The translations under genes were made by a program, and so were the position numbers. From the human T2T-CHM13v2.0 reference genome, Homo sapiens, in the NCBI RefSeq assembly GCF_009914755.1, contig NC_060937.1: a stretch of 64,000 nt of DNA; one strand, written 5' to 3'. A model generated the notes under the pieces. It ran no database searches and was not told the origin of the DNA. It saw only the letters and a list, made by a program, of their open reading frames with translations. Positions 13,863 to 29,914 of this stretch are shown piece by piece (position 1 is the first letter of the stretch; the number at the start of each line of letters is the position of its first letter).

Positions 13863-16101
13863 GAGAGGATCATTTTCTTTTTTTGTTTGCATTTTTCTGC
13901 AGAGATTCCAAATATGTTTATTCAAATAAACATTTTTCAAGTCCTTGAGTATAATAGTTATTTTTAATTTATGCTAATCTCTATGAATGATTATATTCCA
14001 TATTTTTAAACTCTTTTTCTTTGAAAAGGACACATCATAGAGATTCTGGATTTGTTCCTTCTCTGAGGAGTGCTGATTTCTTTTCTAGCTAGTAGTTTAC
14101 TTGACCTAATTTCTCCACTCCAAATTGTCTTGCTTAATATGGGCAGCAGTTGAAACTATTCAATTCTTTTAAATTCTGGCTGTAGCTGTTTTGCCTGGAC
14201 GATTGGAGTCTCTCCCATGCTTGCACACTTCTGATGTTAACAAAGGACTAGAGAAATGTTTGAAGGCAGAACATGGGGTTTCTTCCTCTTGTTTCAATTT
14301 CTTCCTTAGTTTTTTCTCTTACTTTTTAGATTCCCTGGGAATCTTAAATTTCATCCTTTGGATCTTTAAACAAGTAATAATGTTGTACTTTCTTCATCTA
14401 TACATCTTGTATTGCTTGGTTTGGAGAGCGCCTTCAAGCAAAGTGCTGTGTAAAAATTTTACCCCGTGCAGTTTTCTTTCTGTCACGGTGGAGTCCTTTC
14501 TGGTTTCTCCTGCATTAATTTACTCTTAGTCACTTCAAATAGTTGTTTCTATCCAGAATTTGCAATTGTGTTTGGCAAAACACAATTGGTCTGATATAAA
14601 ATGTACCCTCATTATTGGGAGTAGAAATTTTTATTTTTTCTACTTTTATTTTTTCTGGATTTATTAGAGGAGTTTATTATTTGATGACTTTTATTAGTAG
14701 TATGTTATTATTTTATTATTACTAGTATTAATACAACTTTATTGGCAATCCTTAAAATTTGGCTTTCTGAGACCAGACAAAAATATCAATCTATAAATAA
14801 TTTTGGAACTAAAAATCACAAGCAAGATAAAAAATGTGGTGTATCAAATCTGCCTCACAGTTATACATTTTGACCATGATATATTTAGGTCATAGTAACT
14901 TCCCTCTACCAATAATTTTTTTAATGAACTCCCAATTTCAACCCACAAGGTCATGTCTGCGCACAGGTTAAAACAGGAGAAATGGTGTTGATTGAGCCAT
15001 TAGAAGAGACAGAAACAATCAGCATATAATTGCAGGCACTAACTTTTGCTCTGAGGGTTTCCTTCCTGCTTCAAAAGTAAGCTCCTGGCATTTGGTCCTT
15101 GCAACTCCACAATGAAAAGTTTTAAAAATATATAACTGGGTTGAGTAATTATTCTTCTATTTATTAGCTATGTAAACTTTGAAATATTGACTCCTGTTAG
15201 TCTCAATTTCTTCTGACCTGGGATTTTGTGAGAAGAAAATACTATAATTTAAATAAAATTCTGTGAAATAAGCGCTCAGTCAGTAAAACTTGAAAACTTT
15301 TTAAGTATCCAGGGATGTTTCTAACACATAATGGAAAGTATTTGTTTATTCTCTCCCTTCCCCAGAGATGATTGCTGACCACATGCTATCCTATAATTTG
15401 GAGACTACGACGTGGATTTCTTCATGTTAGCACTAAAATAGAAAAAAAATTCCCATAAAAAGTTTCCCCTTGCCTTTCCTTTAGTAACAATTGTATTACT
15501 AAAGATCTGCTTTTTAGCTAAGACTTGAGGACTAGAAAGTAATTAATTTCATCTTATTTGCATTGCTCTCTTATTTTTCTCTCTTATATTTTGGATAATA
15601 TCATGTCATTATGTCTCTTTTCCCCCCATTTCATTTTCAAATCATTTGCTACAAGCCATTCTGCACCTATTCTTTGACAATTATTTTAAGACACTTTCAG
15701 GGCCTCTGAAGCTAGTTTTTGAAGTATATTATAGACTAAAATATGGCAAGCTAGGTAAGGAAAGCCAAGAAGATATGTGTTAGTCCTTATCTATTTCCAA
15801 TTTATATGGTAAACTTTGACAACAAAGCCCTAGTTTGACATCATCACATGTTCTCATAAAAATGCCTGTCTCACTGGATACATAAAGAATAATTATAAGC
15901 CAGTAAAATTATTAGACTCTTCTGCTGTAGATACAACAAATTATCAAGTATTTTGAGAAAATATCTATTTCACTATTACTTTTCCACTTGTAACCTTTTC
16001 ATTGGTATCAAAATTAATAATAAATTCTGTATTAAGAACATAAAATGTCACAACTTTAACACAATTCTTCATTTTGGGGTTGAGTTTAGTTGAATATTAT
16101 G

Positions 16102-16340
16102 TTTTTAATTTTTATTGTATGTTTTTTAATTTTATTTTTTATTGATGAATAGTAATTTTACATATTTGTGGGGTACGTGTGCTATTTTGATACACGTATA
16201 CAATGTGTAATCATCAAATAACCTCAAATATTCATTATATCTTTGTGTTGGGAACATTTCAAATCTTCTGTTTTAGCTATTTTGAAAAGAAATGACTGTT
16301 AACTATAGTCACCCTACTGTGCTGTCAAACACTAGAACAT
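16102..16340 (-). mobile_element. L1MA 3' end fragment
   Basis: CTTTGTGTTGGGAACATT, GTTAACTATAGTCACCCTACTGTG. Confidence 0.75.
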
Positions 16341-17599
16341 ATGTGCCAAGAGAAAAGCCGCATCATAATTGGAGTTTGGAATTTTTTTATTTGCACTTTG
16401 GAGAGCTTTTGCCAGAGCAGTTAATCAGATATTGTATCTGGCAGGAAGCAAATGTTATGGAAGAAAGAAAAAAAACTATAAAAAAATTTTTAAAATAAAA
16501 AAACTGATCAAGATATTGTTTTAAAATTAAAAAATATAAATACTTTTATTCCATATAAACTAAATAAATTATATAAATACAAAAATGACTGAATAATATT
16601 ATAATCCACCAAACTTCTTTCTCTTCTTTACTGTAATTGCCACAATACTGTCAGCTACATATCTCCTTCAAAACACTCACATCAAACATGGAGGTTTCAA
16701 CTTGGTTAAACCCAATAATTTCCAAAGAAAAATATCACATTTAATTGATTTTATTGTAATGTACTTTGAGTTCCGTGTGATGTTATGACCTTCAGCTATA
16801 GTCTTATTGCTGTTCCCTATTATCAGTTTGAGGCACTAGGTTAAAATATGACCTTTAACAATTACCAAAAGGAATCATCTGTGTTTTCTCAACTTGAGAA
16901 GTTATGGGTTCTTTTAACCTTTTGAGGAAAGCTTTTATTCATCTAGCGTTATTTAAAAACCCAAATGACTTTTTGAGACACTTTCAATTCTGAAGAAAGA
17001 AGACATTTAAAGAAGGACAAGATAAGTATTAAAATTAAGCATTTAGTAATCAGGGTGTGGATTCTTTCCTGTGATGTATTCAAAAGCATGTGAACATTCA
17101 GTATTATTGCAACTTGATGTCAACCCTATTTAGAGAACCAAAAACCTTGAAAATCTTTTGAGCTTCTGAATATGACTGAAGAAGTCTCTGGTGATATTGC
17201 AGTTTGTCTGACAGTGTATAAATTCAAAAATTTTGAAGTTTTACTTTCCACATAAGTTGTCAGAGACTTTGATTTAACATTTATTTATTTAACATTTTCC
17301 ACAGATTAAGAGCATTAATTAACAATTAATTAATAAAATGTGAAAAATATTGTCATAGGGAATGCTTGGATTCCATCTCAAATTAACTGGTGAGTTGAAA
17401 GAACTGAGTCACTACCATAAGGATCTAGTCATGTATTTCGGTATATTTTATGTTGACTGTAATTTTAAGGCAGAGGACAATTTAAGTTTGACAGAAGGGG
17501 GCAAGTTCTTAAAAATAAGAGGAGGCATATAGACATATCTTGTAGCTCTGGAAGACAAAATTATGTAAGAAATTGTCCCCTACTTTTACCTATGTATAA

Positions 17600-19420
17600 T
17601 AGATGGAAATACAGTGTTAGCTATCCTAAATAATATAGCAAAAGAAGATAGTTAAGTGCTACATCAGACATAATTGACAATGTTTTAAAATATATAAATG
17701 AAGAAATTAAAAGATATGTGAATACGAAAGATAATTGTGAAATCAATATCAGAGTGAAATTAAAGTTAAAAATATCAAATAGTATAAATAATAATATGTT
17801 GTGATAAGAGATGTAGATTTTGAGGATATTAGAACACACATAATATAATATATGTAGAAAAACACAGATGCTAAATATCTAAAATAAAAATTTTATAAAT
17901 GCAAGATTTTGATACATTTTTCTAAGAATTTAAGAAACACTGTACACAAAAAGAAAAGAAATGGAAGGATTTGACAATATAGTTAACTGATTGTTTCCTC
18001 TAGTTACTTTCTTATGGAGAAATTACTTGAACAGAATAATCAACTTCATCAAAAACCCATGGGAGATTTATGATAAGTCAATTAGATAGTTATAAAAAAT
18101 GCAACAAAATTAAAAGAGAGAAAAATAGTGAAAGAGTCATCTAGTATTCTAAGGTGTTTCTCTTTGACTATAATCCAACATAATTAATAATAAACCAAAA
18201 CATAATAGATGTATGTAAAAGATGCCAATAGAATTTCATGAAGATAGAAAAATCTTTATAAAAACATTTAAATGAAACAACTGGATCATATGGTTAAGAA
18301 AATGTACCTCAACCCATACTTCAGGAAAAATGCTATAATTTCTAGAAGAAAATAGAGGAAGAAATCTTCACCACATATGGCAGACAAAGATTATTTAGAC
18401 AGAATACAACATTAACGTTTTAAAATGATAAACTGAACTAACATAAACATTCAAACCACCTGCTTTTCAAAAGATACAATTTTAAAATAAATGAAAAGAC
18501 AAGTCACAGCCAGTGATAAACCTTCTCCATACATATATCTGTTAAAGGACTTGTGTCCAGAGTACATGAAACATTTTTATGGCTAAATATCAGTAAGTGA
18601 AAAAAAAACTAGGAATGAATGAAAGACTTGAACCAATAACTACAAAAAATACATTACGAATAAATGTCCAGTAACCAAATGAATGAATGTGTAATATAAA
18701 TTATATAAGGGAAATGCAAATTAAAAAGCAATAAAATATCATCTTCATTCATTAGATGGCAAAAATTAAAAATTCTGATGATAATTGTTTGCTTGCATGT
18801 GGAGCAACTAGAACTCTCACCAATGTAAAAGTAAGTAGACAATGACATGAGTACTTTGGGAAACAGTTTGGCAGATAGGACCCAGCAATTGCACTCCTAG
18901 GAATAATTTTTAAAATGAAAACATTTGGCCAAACTATACCTATGCATAATTATTTATAAGTTTTATATTTAACAGTTGAAACTGGAAACAACCTAAATAA
19001 CAAAAATAACAAAGGAATACATAAGCCATGGTATATTAATATTGAGGGATGCTAATAAGCCATGAATAAAAAAAACGAACTACTGATACACAAAACTAAG
19101 TGTCTGAATTCCAAAAGGAATACGCTGTGTAAAATCTACCAAGATTTTATCTTGGTAGGATTATCTTTTCTGAATTTCTGTAAGTAGATTTACTTAACTA
19201 TGGTAGAGATCCAGTCAATGGTGTTTGAAGTAGAGATTGGGGATGAAGATTTACTACCAAAATGTAAATGAAAACTTAATGTGTTGATGGAAAAGTGTTA
19301 TAACTTGATATAATATAACCCTGGTAAATAAATTTTTTCAAGCCCACTGAACTGTTACACACAATATGTGTGAATTTTATTTTAGGTAAATTGTACCTCA
19401 ATAAAGTCAATAAAAATGAA
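17600..19420 (+). mobile_element. Highly decayed L1M (L1ME-like) ORF2 end/3'UTR
   Basis: GGGAAATGCAAATTAAAA, CCCAGCAATTGCACTCCTAGG, TTGTACCTCAATAAAG. Confidence 0.6.
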
Positions 19421-20189
19421 CCAAAATGAGTACAATTTCCTGATTATTAAGAAACCAGTACAGGTAACGCAAGACAGCATGTAATATACTAGTTTCAAGC
19501 AGAATTTATTATCTGAGTATAATTTGGTTACCTATCAGAAATCTATCTGTTTATCTATTTCTCTCCAACAATTAAAGATGAAAATTCATATGATAATAAA
19601 CTCAATAATGCAATTTGACAAAGATAAGCTTTCTCAATGAATGAACTATGAAAAATAGGAATAGAAGATTATCTTCCATAAGAGTAAAAAATATTTATTG
19701 TAAAAAGCAAAACAATAAAATGATCTGTTACAATCAGAAACGTTTGAAGGTTGCCTCTAGTCACAATAACAGTAAACAGGTTCGTCAGTATTATAACAAC
19801 TTTGGAAAGGCTAAAAAAAAAACTATCTCATGCATACATTAACAAAATAATCATTTATGCTAATATTAGAATCATATAACTACACAACTCAGCAGACAAA
19901 GTTTTTTTTTTTAAATAAAGCAATAAAATATTTCATAATATGGTTAGGTAATTATGAAATATATATAAAAAACAGGTAATACATTTCTATTACAGGAATA
20001 ATTATCTTAAAGACAAGGAGGTAATATTGATACCAGTATATTATCAACGGCAAAGCTAAATAATTTCAAGTAATAAAGTAAACACAAAGTCAAAGGAAAA
20101 ATAGTTTATAAAATTATATTTAGGTACATAAATGGCACTCAAAATTCTGTAATGTTTCTCCAAGGAGTGTATGTGAAAGAGGAGAAAAA

Positions 20190-20190
<1 letters not shown>

Positions 20191-20224
<34 letters not shown>
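20191..20224 (+). repeat. (AC)17 microsatellite
   Basis: Pure AC run. Confidence 0.95.
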
Positions 20225-20226
<2 letters not shown>

Positions 20227-21945
20227 GGGTGCTGTTTGGAGGAACATAACAGAATCTTATGACTCTCCAAAATATCATAAACAAAATCCAGATACAATTG
20301 ACAGAACTCAAATTGCAAACTCCTGACCCTTGTGAAGTGAGTGGCAGCAAAAATCTGTTTTGTTAATTAGCCTTAGCTTTATCTGGGTTGCTTGAAACTG
20401 CCATAAACATGTGTGACTGATTCATAATCTCAGGGATGGACTGAATTTATGCTCAGAATTTGGAGTGCCCCTCTCTGTTTACCTCCTATCTGGCATTTCT
20501 CTCTTATGTTTCAGTGAGAAACTCAACTTTGTTCTCTAGTACTCCAAAAGCAAGACCGCTGATTTTATATCCAAGTTTTAGCCACCCACATGACATATTC
20601 TGGGTTGTAGTTTAAGACTAAAAGCCATTAAAAAAATAAAAACCACACAAAAATATATCCAGTGATGTTTTCCTTCTTCGAGGTTTCAACTTCCTTCCAG
20701 TATCTGCCTTCCCTTGGTTGCTGTCCAATGCCCTTAGACAGCTGTTTGTTTGTCTGGAGTTGAGATGTTATCTACAGAATGATTGGTTTGAAAGGAGATA
20801 CTTGTGTAACACTAGGGGCAGAAACTTCTTTTTTTAATGTTTCCAGAAAAAAATATTATTTGAGCAAAAAAAAAAAAAGTCCAAATTTACCAGTTCTTGA
20901 AATGTTAATTTTAGAGGTACTTACATGATTGTATGAATTGAATTCAAGTTCATATAGAATTAATGTAACTTATTTATTGTGAAATTGAAAGAGAATGAGA
21001 GTAAAAAAAGTTAAAAACCAATGGAGAGAAGACTTGATTTGCAAGATACTAGAATGTTTGGAAATGTAATCAAATAAATATGAATTTGTTATATGAATAG
21101 ATTATCAGAACAGAAAATTCAGAAATTAATTATAGTACTAAAATAAGATACTACAAACAAGGCATTTCAATACAATGAGAAAATAATGTGTGATTTATTT
21201 AGTGATTTTTTTGCACAACTTAATATTTACCCAGAAAAAGGTAAAATTTTACCTATCTATATATATAGTTTTTAAAATACAATTTTAAATGTATAACATA
21301 AATATTTTAATAAATCTATGAGTGGTTGTTTGAGGGTGGTGTAAGAAGGAAGATCTCTTATCCAAAACCTGAAGCCTAAAAACTGTAAAATAAGAAGAAA
21401 AAAATATTTATTGTGTACAAATTTCAACTTTAGTTTGGTAAAAGATAGCATAAACAAAAGCAGTATGTGAGTAATAAACTTGGATTAAAAAATTACATAT
21501 AGTACATATTCATGCAAAGAGGACAAAATCTATAATATACAGAAAGCACTTACAAGTTAATAAAAGAGAAGACAAAATTAAACATAGAATGGGCAGCGCT
21601 ATGACTAAGATACAGAAAGGCAATCCATCTGGCCATCAAACATAAGAATAGAAAATTTAAAACATTTAGACAAGAAAACAGTCAGATTAGCAGATTATAA
21701 GAATGAATAACAAACTTTATTTTGCATAGTGTGAAGATGGTAGGGGGTATATTTATACATTGCTACAGGGAAACTAAGTGTTGGAAAGCAATTTATTAAA
21801 ATCAATTAAAATATAACAAGTTTAATTTACTGATCCCACTTGTAGAAATCTACATCATGGAAATAACAGACAAGGCCTCTCTTTGCAAAATAGTTTAGAA
21901 GTAGTATAAGAATATGACTGAGTGACCATCCACACAGAGAAACTA

Positions 21946-22235
21946 TTCTTTTCTTTTTTTTTTTTTTTTGAGACAGGTTCTGGCTCTGTTGCCCAGGCTG
22001 GAGTGCACTGGTGCAATCTTGGCTCACTGCAACCTTTGCCCCCTCAGTTCAAGTGGTTCTCTTGCCTCAGCCTCCCAAGTAGCTGGGATTACAGGTATGT
22101 GACACCACACCTGGCTAATTTTTGTATTTTTTGCCATGTTGGCCAGACTGGTCTTGAACTCCTAGACTCAAGCCATCTGCCTGATTCGGCCTCCCAAAGT
22201 GTTGGGATTACAGGCATGAGCCAGCTTGCCTGGCC
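21946..22235 (-). mobile_element. Alu (Jb/S-like) with a small deletion next to the linker
   Basis: Poly(T) plus antisense dimer; GTAGAGACGGGGTTT segment missing near 22132. Confidence 0.92.
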
Positions 22236-22592
22236 TCTTATTAATATATTTTTTTCCCTTGATATGTATCAAAACCAAGTATTGACTTTTTTTTTTTAGT
22301 TAAGTGTTTTATTTCATACAAATGTTGATTCACACACACTCGTGAAAAATGTACAAAGGTCCTTTGTACTCTTTACCCCATTTCCTCCATGGTAACTTCT
22401 TTCATAAGCATAATACAAGATTACAACCATGATACTAACATAGAAACAACAAAGATACAGAACATTTCCTTCACCAGAAAGATCAGATATGTTGTAGTTT
22501 CTTAGTCACACCTGCTTAACTCCCATCCACACACCTTGTTTGACCCCTAGCTGCTGTAATTGGTTTCTAATTTTTATAATTTTGCCATTTAA

Positions 22593-22900
<308 letters not shown>

Positions 22901-23777
22901 TAAAAATATTTTATATTCATGGAATCGTATAGTTGTTAAACTTTTGGGGTTGATTTTTTTTTCTGTCAGCATAATTCTCTGAAGATCCATGCAAGTTGTC
23001 GTATCACTAATTCCTTTTAAAGCTGAGTAGTATTCCGTGATATGGATGTACCACAGTTTATTGGAAAGACATTTGGGTTGTTGCTAGTTTTTGAACTACC
23101 TTTGTTATAAATGAAGCTTCTATAAGCACTCAGGTACAAGTGTTTAGGTAAATATAAGCCTTCATTTCTTTGGGATAAATGCTCAGGAGTACAAATGCTG
23201 TATTACATGGTAGTTGCATGTTTAATGTCAAACTGTTTCCCAGAATAATTATAACATTTTACATTCCCATCAGCAATATCTGCGTGATCAGTGTCTCCAT
23301 ATAGATGCTGGCATTTAGTATTGTCGTTGTTTTTTACTTTATCTGTTTAGGTAGGTGTGTTGTGATATTAAATTTTGGTTTTAATTTGCAATTTTCTAAT
23401 GATTAATGATATTGAAGACCATTACCTGTGCTTGTCAGAATATCCACTTCTAAAATATCTGTTCATGTTTTTTCTCATTTTCTAACTTAAGTTTTGCATA
23501 GTAAGAATTTGTAAAATATATACTAGATACTAGTCTTTTGTTGGCCATGCGGTTTCTATGTCTCTAGGTAGTCTTTTCATTTTATTAAAAGGGATTTTGC
23601 AGAGCAGAGTATATAATTTTGATGTTCAATTTGCCATTTTTTTCTTTTTATGAATCATGTTTTTGACATGATGTCTAACAGCATTGCCTGACTTTAGATC
23701 CTAAAAATGCTCTCCTATTTATTCCTAATAGATATAATTTTAAAATTTTATTTCTCTCTACCAGTATCCAATTTTAG

Positions 23778-24122
23778 TTTTTTAATTTTAATTTTAGGTT
23801 CATGGATACATGTGCAGGTTTGTTATACAGGTAAATTATGTGTCATGGGAGTTTGGTGTACAGATTATTTCATCACCCAGGTAATAAGCATAGTATCTGA
23901 TAGGTAGTTTTTTTGATTCTCCCTCTCCTCCCATCCTCAACCCTCAAGTAGATCCCAGTGTCTGTAGTATCCCCCTGTGTCCATATGTACTCAATGTTTA
24001 GCTCCCACTTATAAGTGAGAACATGTGGTATTCGTTTTTTTGTTTTTTGTTCCTGTGTTAGTTCACTTAGGATAATGGACTCCAACTCCATCCATGTTGC
24101 CGCAAAAGACATATTTCTGTTT
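23778..24122 (-). mobile_element. Old L1PA (PA11-15-like) 3' end
   Basis: TACATGTGCAGGTTTGTTA..., GCTCCCACTTATAAGTGAGAACATGTGG; ORF SFAATWMELESIILSEL. Confidence 0.85.
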
Positions 24123-24358
24123 GTGGTCAATTTTGAGTTAAATTTTGTATAAATCATAAAAATTAGGTTGAGGTTGTTGCTGTTATTATTGTTGCGCTTG
24201 GATATTCAATTGCTGTAGCATCAATTTTTGAAAAGATTGTCCTTTCTCCATTACATTGCTTTGGCCTATTTGTCTGGTCCATTTTCGGGTTCATCCTGCC
24301 TTGCTCCCTGTCTTAGGGAGAAAGCATTCAGTTTTTCACCATTAAGAATAATCTTAGC

Positions 24359-25458
24359 CAGTTTTCCCAGCACCATTTATTAAATAGGGAATCCTTTCCC
24401 CATTTCTTGTTTTTGTCAGGTTTGTCAAAGATCAGATGGTTGTAGATGTGTGGTATTAAATGGGATCTAATTAAACTAAAGAGCTTCTGCACAGCAAAAG
24501 AAACTCTACCATCAGAGTGAACAGGCAACCTACATAATGGGAGAAAATTTTTACAATCTACCCTTCTGACGAAGGGCTAATATCCAGAATTAAACAAATT
24601 TACAAGAAAAATTCAAACAACCCCATAAAAAAGTGGGCGAAGGATATGAACAGACACTTCTCAAAAGAAGACATTTATGCAGCCAACAGACACATGAAAA
24701 AATGCTCATCATCACTGGCCATCAGAGAAATGCAAATCAAAACCACAATGAGATACCATCTCACACCAGTTAGAATGGCAATCATTAAAAAGTCAGGAAA
24801 GAACAGGTGCTGGAGAGGATGTGGAGAAATAGGAACACTTTTACACTGTTGGTGGGACTGTAAACTAGTTCAACCATTGTGGAAGACAGTGTGACGATTC
24901 CTCAAGGATCTAGAATTAGACCCAGCCGTCCCATTACTGGTTATATACCCAAAGGATTATAAATCATGCTGTTATAAAGACACATGCACACATATGTTTA
25001 TTGCGGCACTATTCACAATAGCAAAGACTTGGAACCAACCCAAATGTCCATCAATGATAGACTGGATTAAGAAAATGTGGCACATATACGCCATGGAATA
25101 CTATGCAGCCATAAAAAAGGGTGAGTTCATGTCCTTTGTAGGGACATGGATGAAGCTGGAAAGCAATATTGTGAGCAAACTGTCACAAGGACAGAAAACC
25201 AAGCACCACATGTTCTCACTCATAGGTGGGAATTGAACAATGAGAACACTTGGTCACAGGGTGGGGAACATCACGCACCGGGGCCTGCCGTGGGGTGGGG
25301 GGGAGGGGGGAGGGATGGCATTAGGAGATATACCTAATGTTAAATGACGAGTTAATGGGTGCAGCACACCAACATGGCACATGTATACATATGTAACAAA
25401 CCTGTACATTGTGCACATGTACCCTAGAACTTAAAGTATAATTAAAAAAAGAAAAAAA
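24359..25458 (+). mobile_element. 5'-inverted L1PA4/5-like insertion (antisense 24359-24457, sense 24458-25458)
   Basis: Antisense ORF2 piece joined to the sense ORF2 end, 3'UTR and poly(A). Perfect TSD AAGAATAATCTTAGC at 24344-24358 and 25459-25473. Confidence 0.93.
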
Positions 25459-26675
25459 AAGAATAATCTTAGCTGTATGTTTTTGTAGGTGCTTTTCATT
25501 AATTTGGAAAAGTTATCCTCTATAGTTCACTGAGTTTTATCATGAATGTGTGTTGAATTATGGTTTTCTTTATCTTAGAATTTCTTGATTTTCTCTTTAT
25601 TCCTGAAAGATATTTTCGCTGCATATAGGATCTGGGTTGACAGTTATTTCCTTTCATCATTTAAAAAATGTCATGCCATTTCCTTCTAGCCTCCATGGTT
25701 TCTGATGAGAAATCCTCTGTAATTTAACTTATTTTTTTCCACTAAAGGTAAGCTGTCATTTCTCCCTTGCTACTTTCACGATTTTTTCTTTGTTTTTAGT
25801 TTTCAGAAGTTTGACTAATAAGTGCGTTGGTGTGGATTTCTTTAGGTTTATTCTGTTTGGGTTTTGTTCTGATTTTTGAAACTATAGGTCTATGTCTCTT
25901 TCAAATGTGTGAAATTTTTAGCTGTGATTTCTTCCTATGCTTTATTGTCCCTGCTCTTTTTCTCCTCTCCTTTAAGAACTGGGATGACACAGAAGTTGGT
26001 TTTTTTTTTTTTTTGGTTGTAGTCCCAAAGGTCCAAGTGTCACTGTTAATTTTTTTTTTGGCAGCAGAGCAGGGGATGGGGGAAGTGAAAGGTGGTACTG
26101 TGTTATGAGACTCTGGATCTTAAGTAAAATTTTAATTTTAGCTGCCTTCTTTTGATAGCACATTGGTAGCAGGTAGAGGGTGGTGCTTTGTTAATGCTGA
26201 GGACAGGTGGAATTCCTGGTTCCCTACTCAGCTTCTGTTGACATTATAAGTGATGGACTTTTCATTATTTCTGGCACAGTGTGAGTACTCCTCTCCATGA
26301 AGACTTCACTGATACCTCCCTGCCTGGAAGACACCTTGTTACTATTTCCCATGTGGTCTCCACTGATTCCACAGTGGGGGGCTTCATTACACATTTGGAT
26401 GATAGTCCTGACTCCCTACTTGATTTTCTCAGATAACGCCTTGGTTTGGGAGGTAGGGCGAGGAGTGGTTGAGTGTCTCCTTGAAATGTGGCATGGCTGG
26501 AAATCTAGCCTCAACACTTGACATTTTGTGGTGAAATTGAGTGTAGGACCACTGTTATTTCTGTGGGCTTTGGCTGCTGGAAAGCAATTATGGTCTAAAG
26601 GTTTTGTATCTTGTTAGATTACCCGTTTTCTGTTCTTTTGGCTGGAAAGAGTAGACTTATGTTTAGTTGGCTGTT

Positions 26676-26715
<40 letters not shown>

Positions 26716-26722
26716 AGTGTGT
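26676..26722 (+). repeat. Interrupted (TG)n microsatellite
   Basis: TG run with interruptions. Confidence 0.9.
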
Positions 26723-28139
26723 CTGTAGCTATTATTGTTCCAGGTTACTGGCTTCTCCAGCATTTATTCTATGATATAGTAGTAAAAAGAAAACTCAGAG
26801 GCTTCTCTGCCATGCCCATCTTCAGATTTTAAAGCTCCTAGCTAGTTTTATTTTTTTTACCTTTCAAAACACTACTACATCTCCCCAGCAACAGAGTTAG
26901 GCAGTGGGATATTTTGAGAGTAAAAAAATGCAACTTCCACTGTAAAATTAGGCTAGCATGTACACACAAATACATACAGCCACCCTAGTAATGTGGAATA
27001 ATAGAAAATAATGTCAATGCTAATCAATGGAGGAATGTATGTTTTTAAAAGTATGACACATTTCACAAAAGGCAGCCATAGAGAGATAATGGACCCCTTA
27101 AAACCATGACTAAAAGGTTTTAGAATTGACTTGGAAGGATTCCAAAGGTGTTACTAAGAGAGAAAAAGTAGGATTCAGAATAGTGTGCATACTTCTCATT
27201 TTTTAAAAACAATGACATAAAATGAACCTTGTATATGTAGATGAGCATCCATCTTTGTATGCTTATGTGTGTATATGCATATTTACATTTTGAAAATTGT
27301 TAAGATAGGTTAAGGGACAGGTGTAGGGAAAGTGATGATTTGCTTGAGAGGAGAGTGAGAAATGGGAGAGTCAAATAAAAATATAAAGATAAAACTACAA
27401 TTAAAAGAAACTCATTTTGTATGATATGATCATATTTATGCATTTTTACAAAATTGAAGGGGCACATAAACCTGCAACCATGAAGGCTTAAAGATAATGA
27501 TATCATCATTCTCTGCCTGAGGTACTATTTCTTAATACTATCATTTAAAAGAAATGAATATTAGTTATTTTTTTCTCTTCCATTAATTCCTTAATTTTTT
27601 TCTCAGTCCAATTAGCGACAAGACAAATACAGTCATTTGTCGCTTAATGATGGGGATACATTCTGAGGAATGCATCCTTAGGTGATTTTGTCACTGTGCA
27701 CACATCACAGAGTGCACTTACACAATCCTAGATGGTATAGTTTGTCACTCATCTAGGCTATATTGTACAACCCATTGCTCTTAGCCTGCAAACCTGTTCC
27801 ACATGTACTGCATGGAATATTGAAGCAATTATAATACAATTTGTGTTTGTGTATCTAAATATGTATAAACATAGAAAAGATACAATAAAAATACAATACA
27901 AAAGATACAAAATGGTACTACTTTATAGGACACCTACCATGAATGGAGCTTGCAGGACTAGAAGCTGCTCTAGGTGAGTCAGTGAGTGAGTGGGGAGTGA
28001 AGGTGAAGGCCTAGCACATTGCTATACACTACTTCATTTTGCCTACACTAAATTTATTTTTTTAAATTTCTTTCTCCAATAGTAAATTAACCTTAGCTTA
28101 CTTTAATTTTTTTTTCTTTATAAATTTGTTTTCTGTAAC

Positions 28140-28792
<653 letters not shown>

Positions 28793-29914
28793 TTTTTTTT
28801 TTTTTTCTCTAACTTTTTTGGCTCTGTTATAATAATACTTCACTTAAAACACAAATACATTGTACAGCTGTACTAAAATACTTCATTTCTTTATATTCTT
28901 ATTTTATAAGGTTTTGTCTTTCTAAATTTTTATTTCTTTTTAATTTTAAACTTTTTTGTTAAAAACAAAGACACAAACACATCTTAGCCTAGGACTACAC
29001 AGTATCAAGATAATCAATGTCACTGTTTTCTAATTCCACGTCTTGTGTCACTGGAAAGTCTTCAGGGCCAATAATATGCATGAAGCTGTCATGTCCTATG
29101 ATAACAATGCCTTCTTCTGGAATACCTCCCAAAGGACCTGCCTGAGACTGTTTTAAGTTAACTTTAAAAAAAAAAATAGTACAAGGAATACCCATAAAAT
29201 AAAAACATAAAATATGACAAATATATAAACCAATAACATAGTCTCATTATCATCAAGCATTATGAATTGTACATAATTGTATGTGCTATATATTTTATAG
29301 GACTGGTATCAAAGTAGGTTTGTTTACAACAGCATGATCACAAACATGAGTGATGCATTGTATTAGGACATTATGGCTGTTACAGTATCACTAGGTGATA
29401 GGAATTTTCCAGCTCCATTATAATTTTAGGGACCACCATAGTATATACAATCTGTTGTTGACTGAAAAATCATTATGTGGTGCATTCCTCTGTAGAAAAA
29501 TGTCTCTATAGACTCCCTCTGGGCACGAATGTATATATTTTTCTCTAAGTCACCCTCTAAAAATATAATTCAGGCTTTGTTCATTTCTCATCCACATAGT
29601 TACATGTTTAGAACTTGTGTGTCAATTTTGTGACACACAAGGTCACAAACGTGACCTAGAGAAAAAAATATATACCCTTCACCTCTACCACAATCTCCAT
29701 ACTCTAAAACCTCTTAAATATCTCATGAAATACATGGAAAAAATCTAATTACTTGCCATGAAATAGGAGACCTTTCATGGCATTATTCTTGTTTATTTAA
29801 GTCCTAAATTTATCATATATTTATGAATTAATAAACACTGCATACACGTGTTGGTAAAACTTACCACACTTAAATATAGTTTTAAACAAATATTCAGATT
29901 TGTGCATTAAGCCC

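Noticed and set aside
21922-22299. Alu-spanning ORFs (also 28126-28876, 51790-52054, 62251-62592)
   Set aside because: Typical antisense-Alu translations.
25291-25320. G-quadruplex-like tract
   Set aside because: Standard L1 3'UTR feature.
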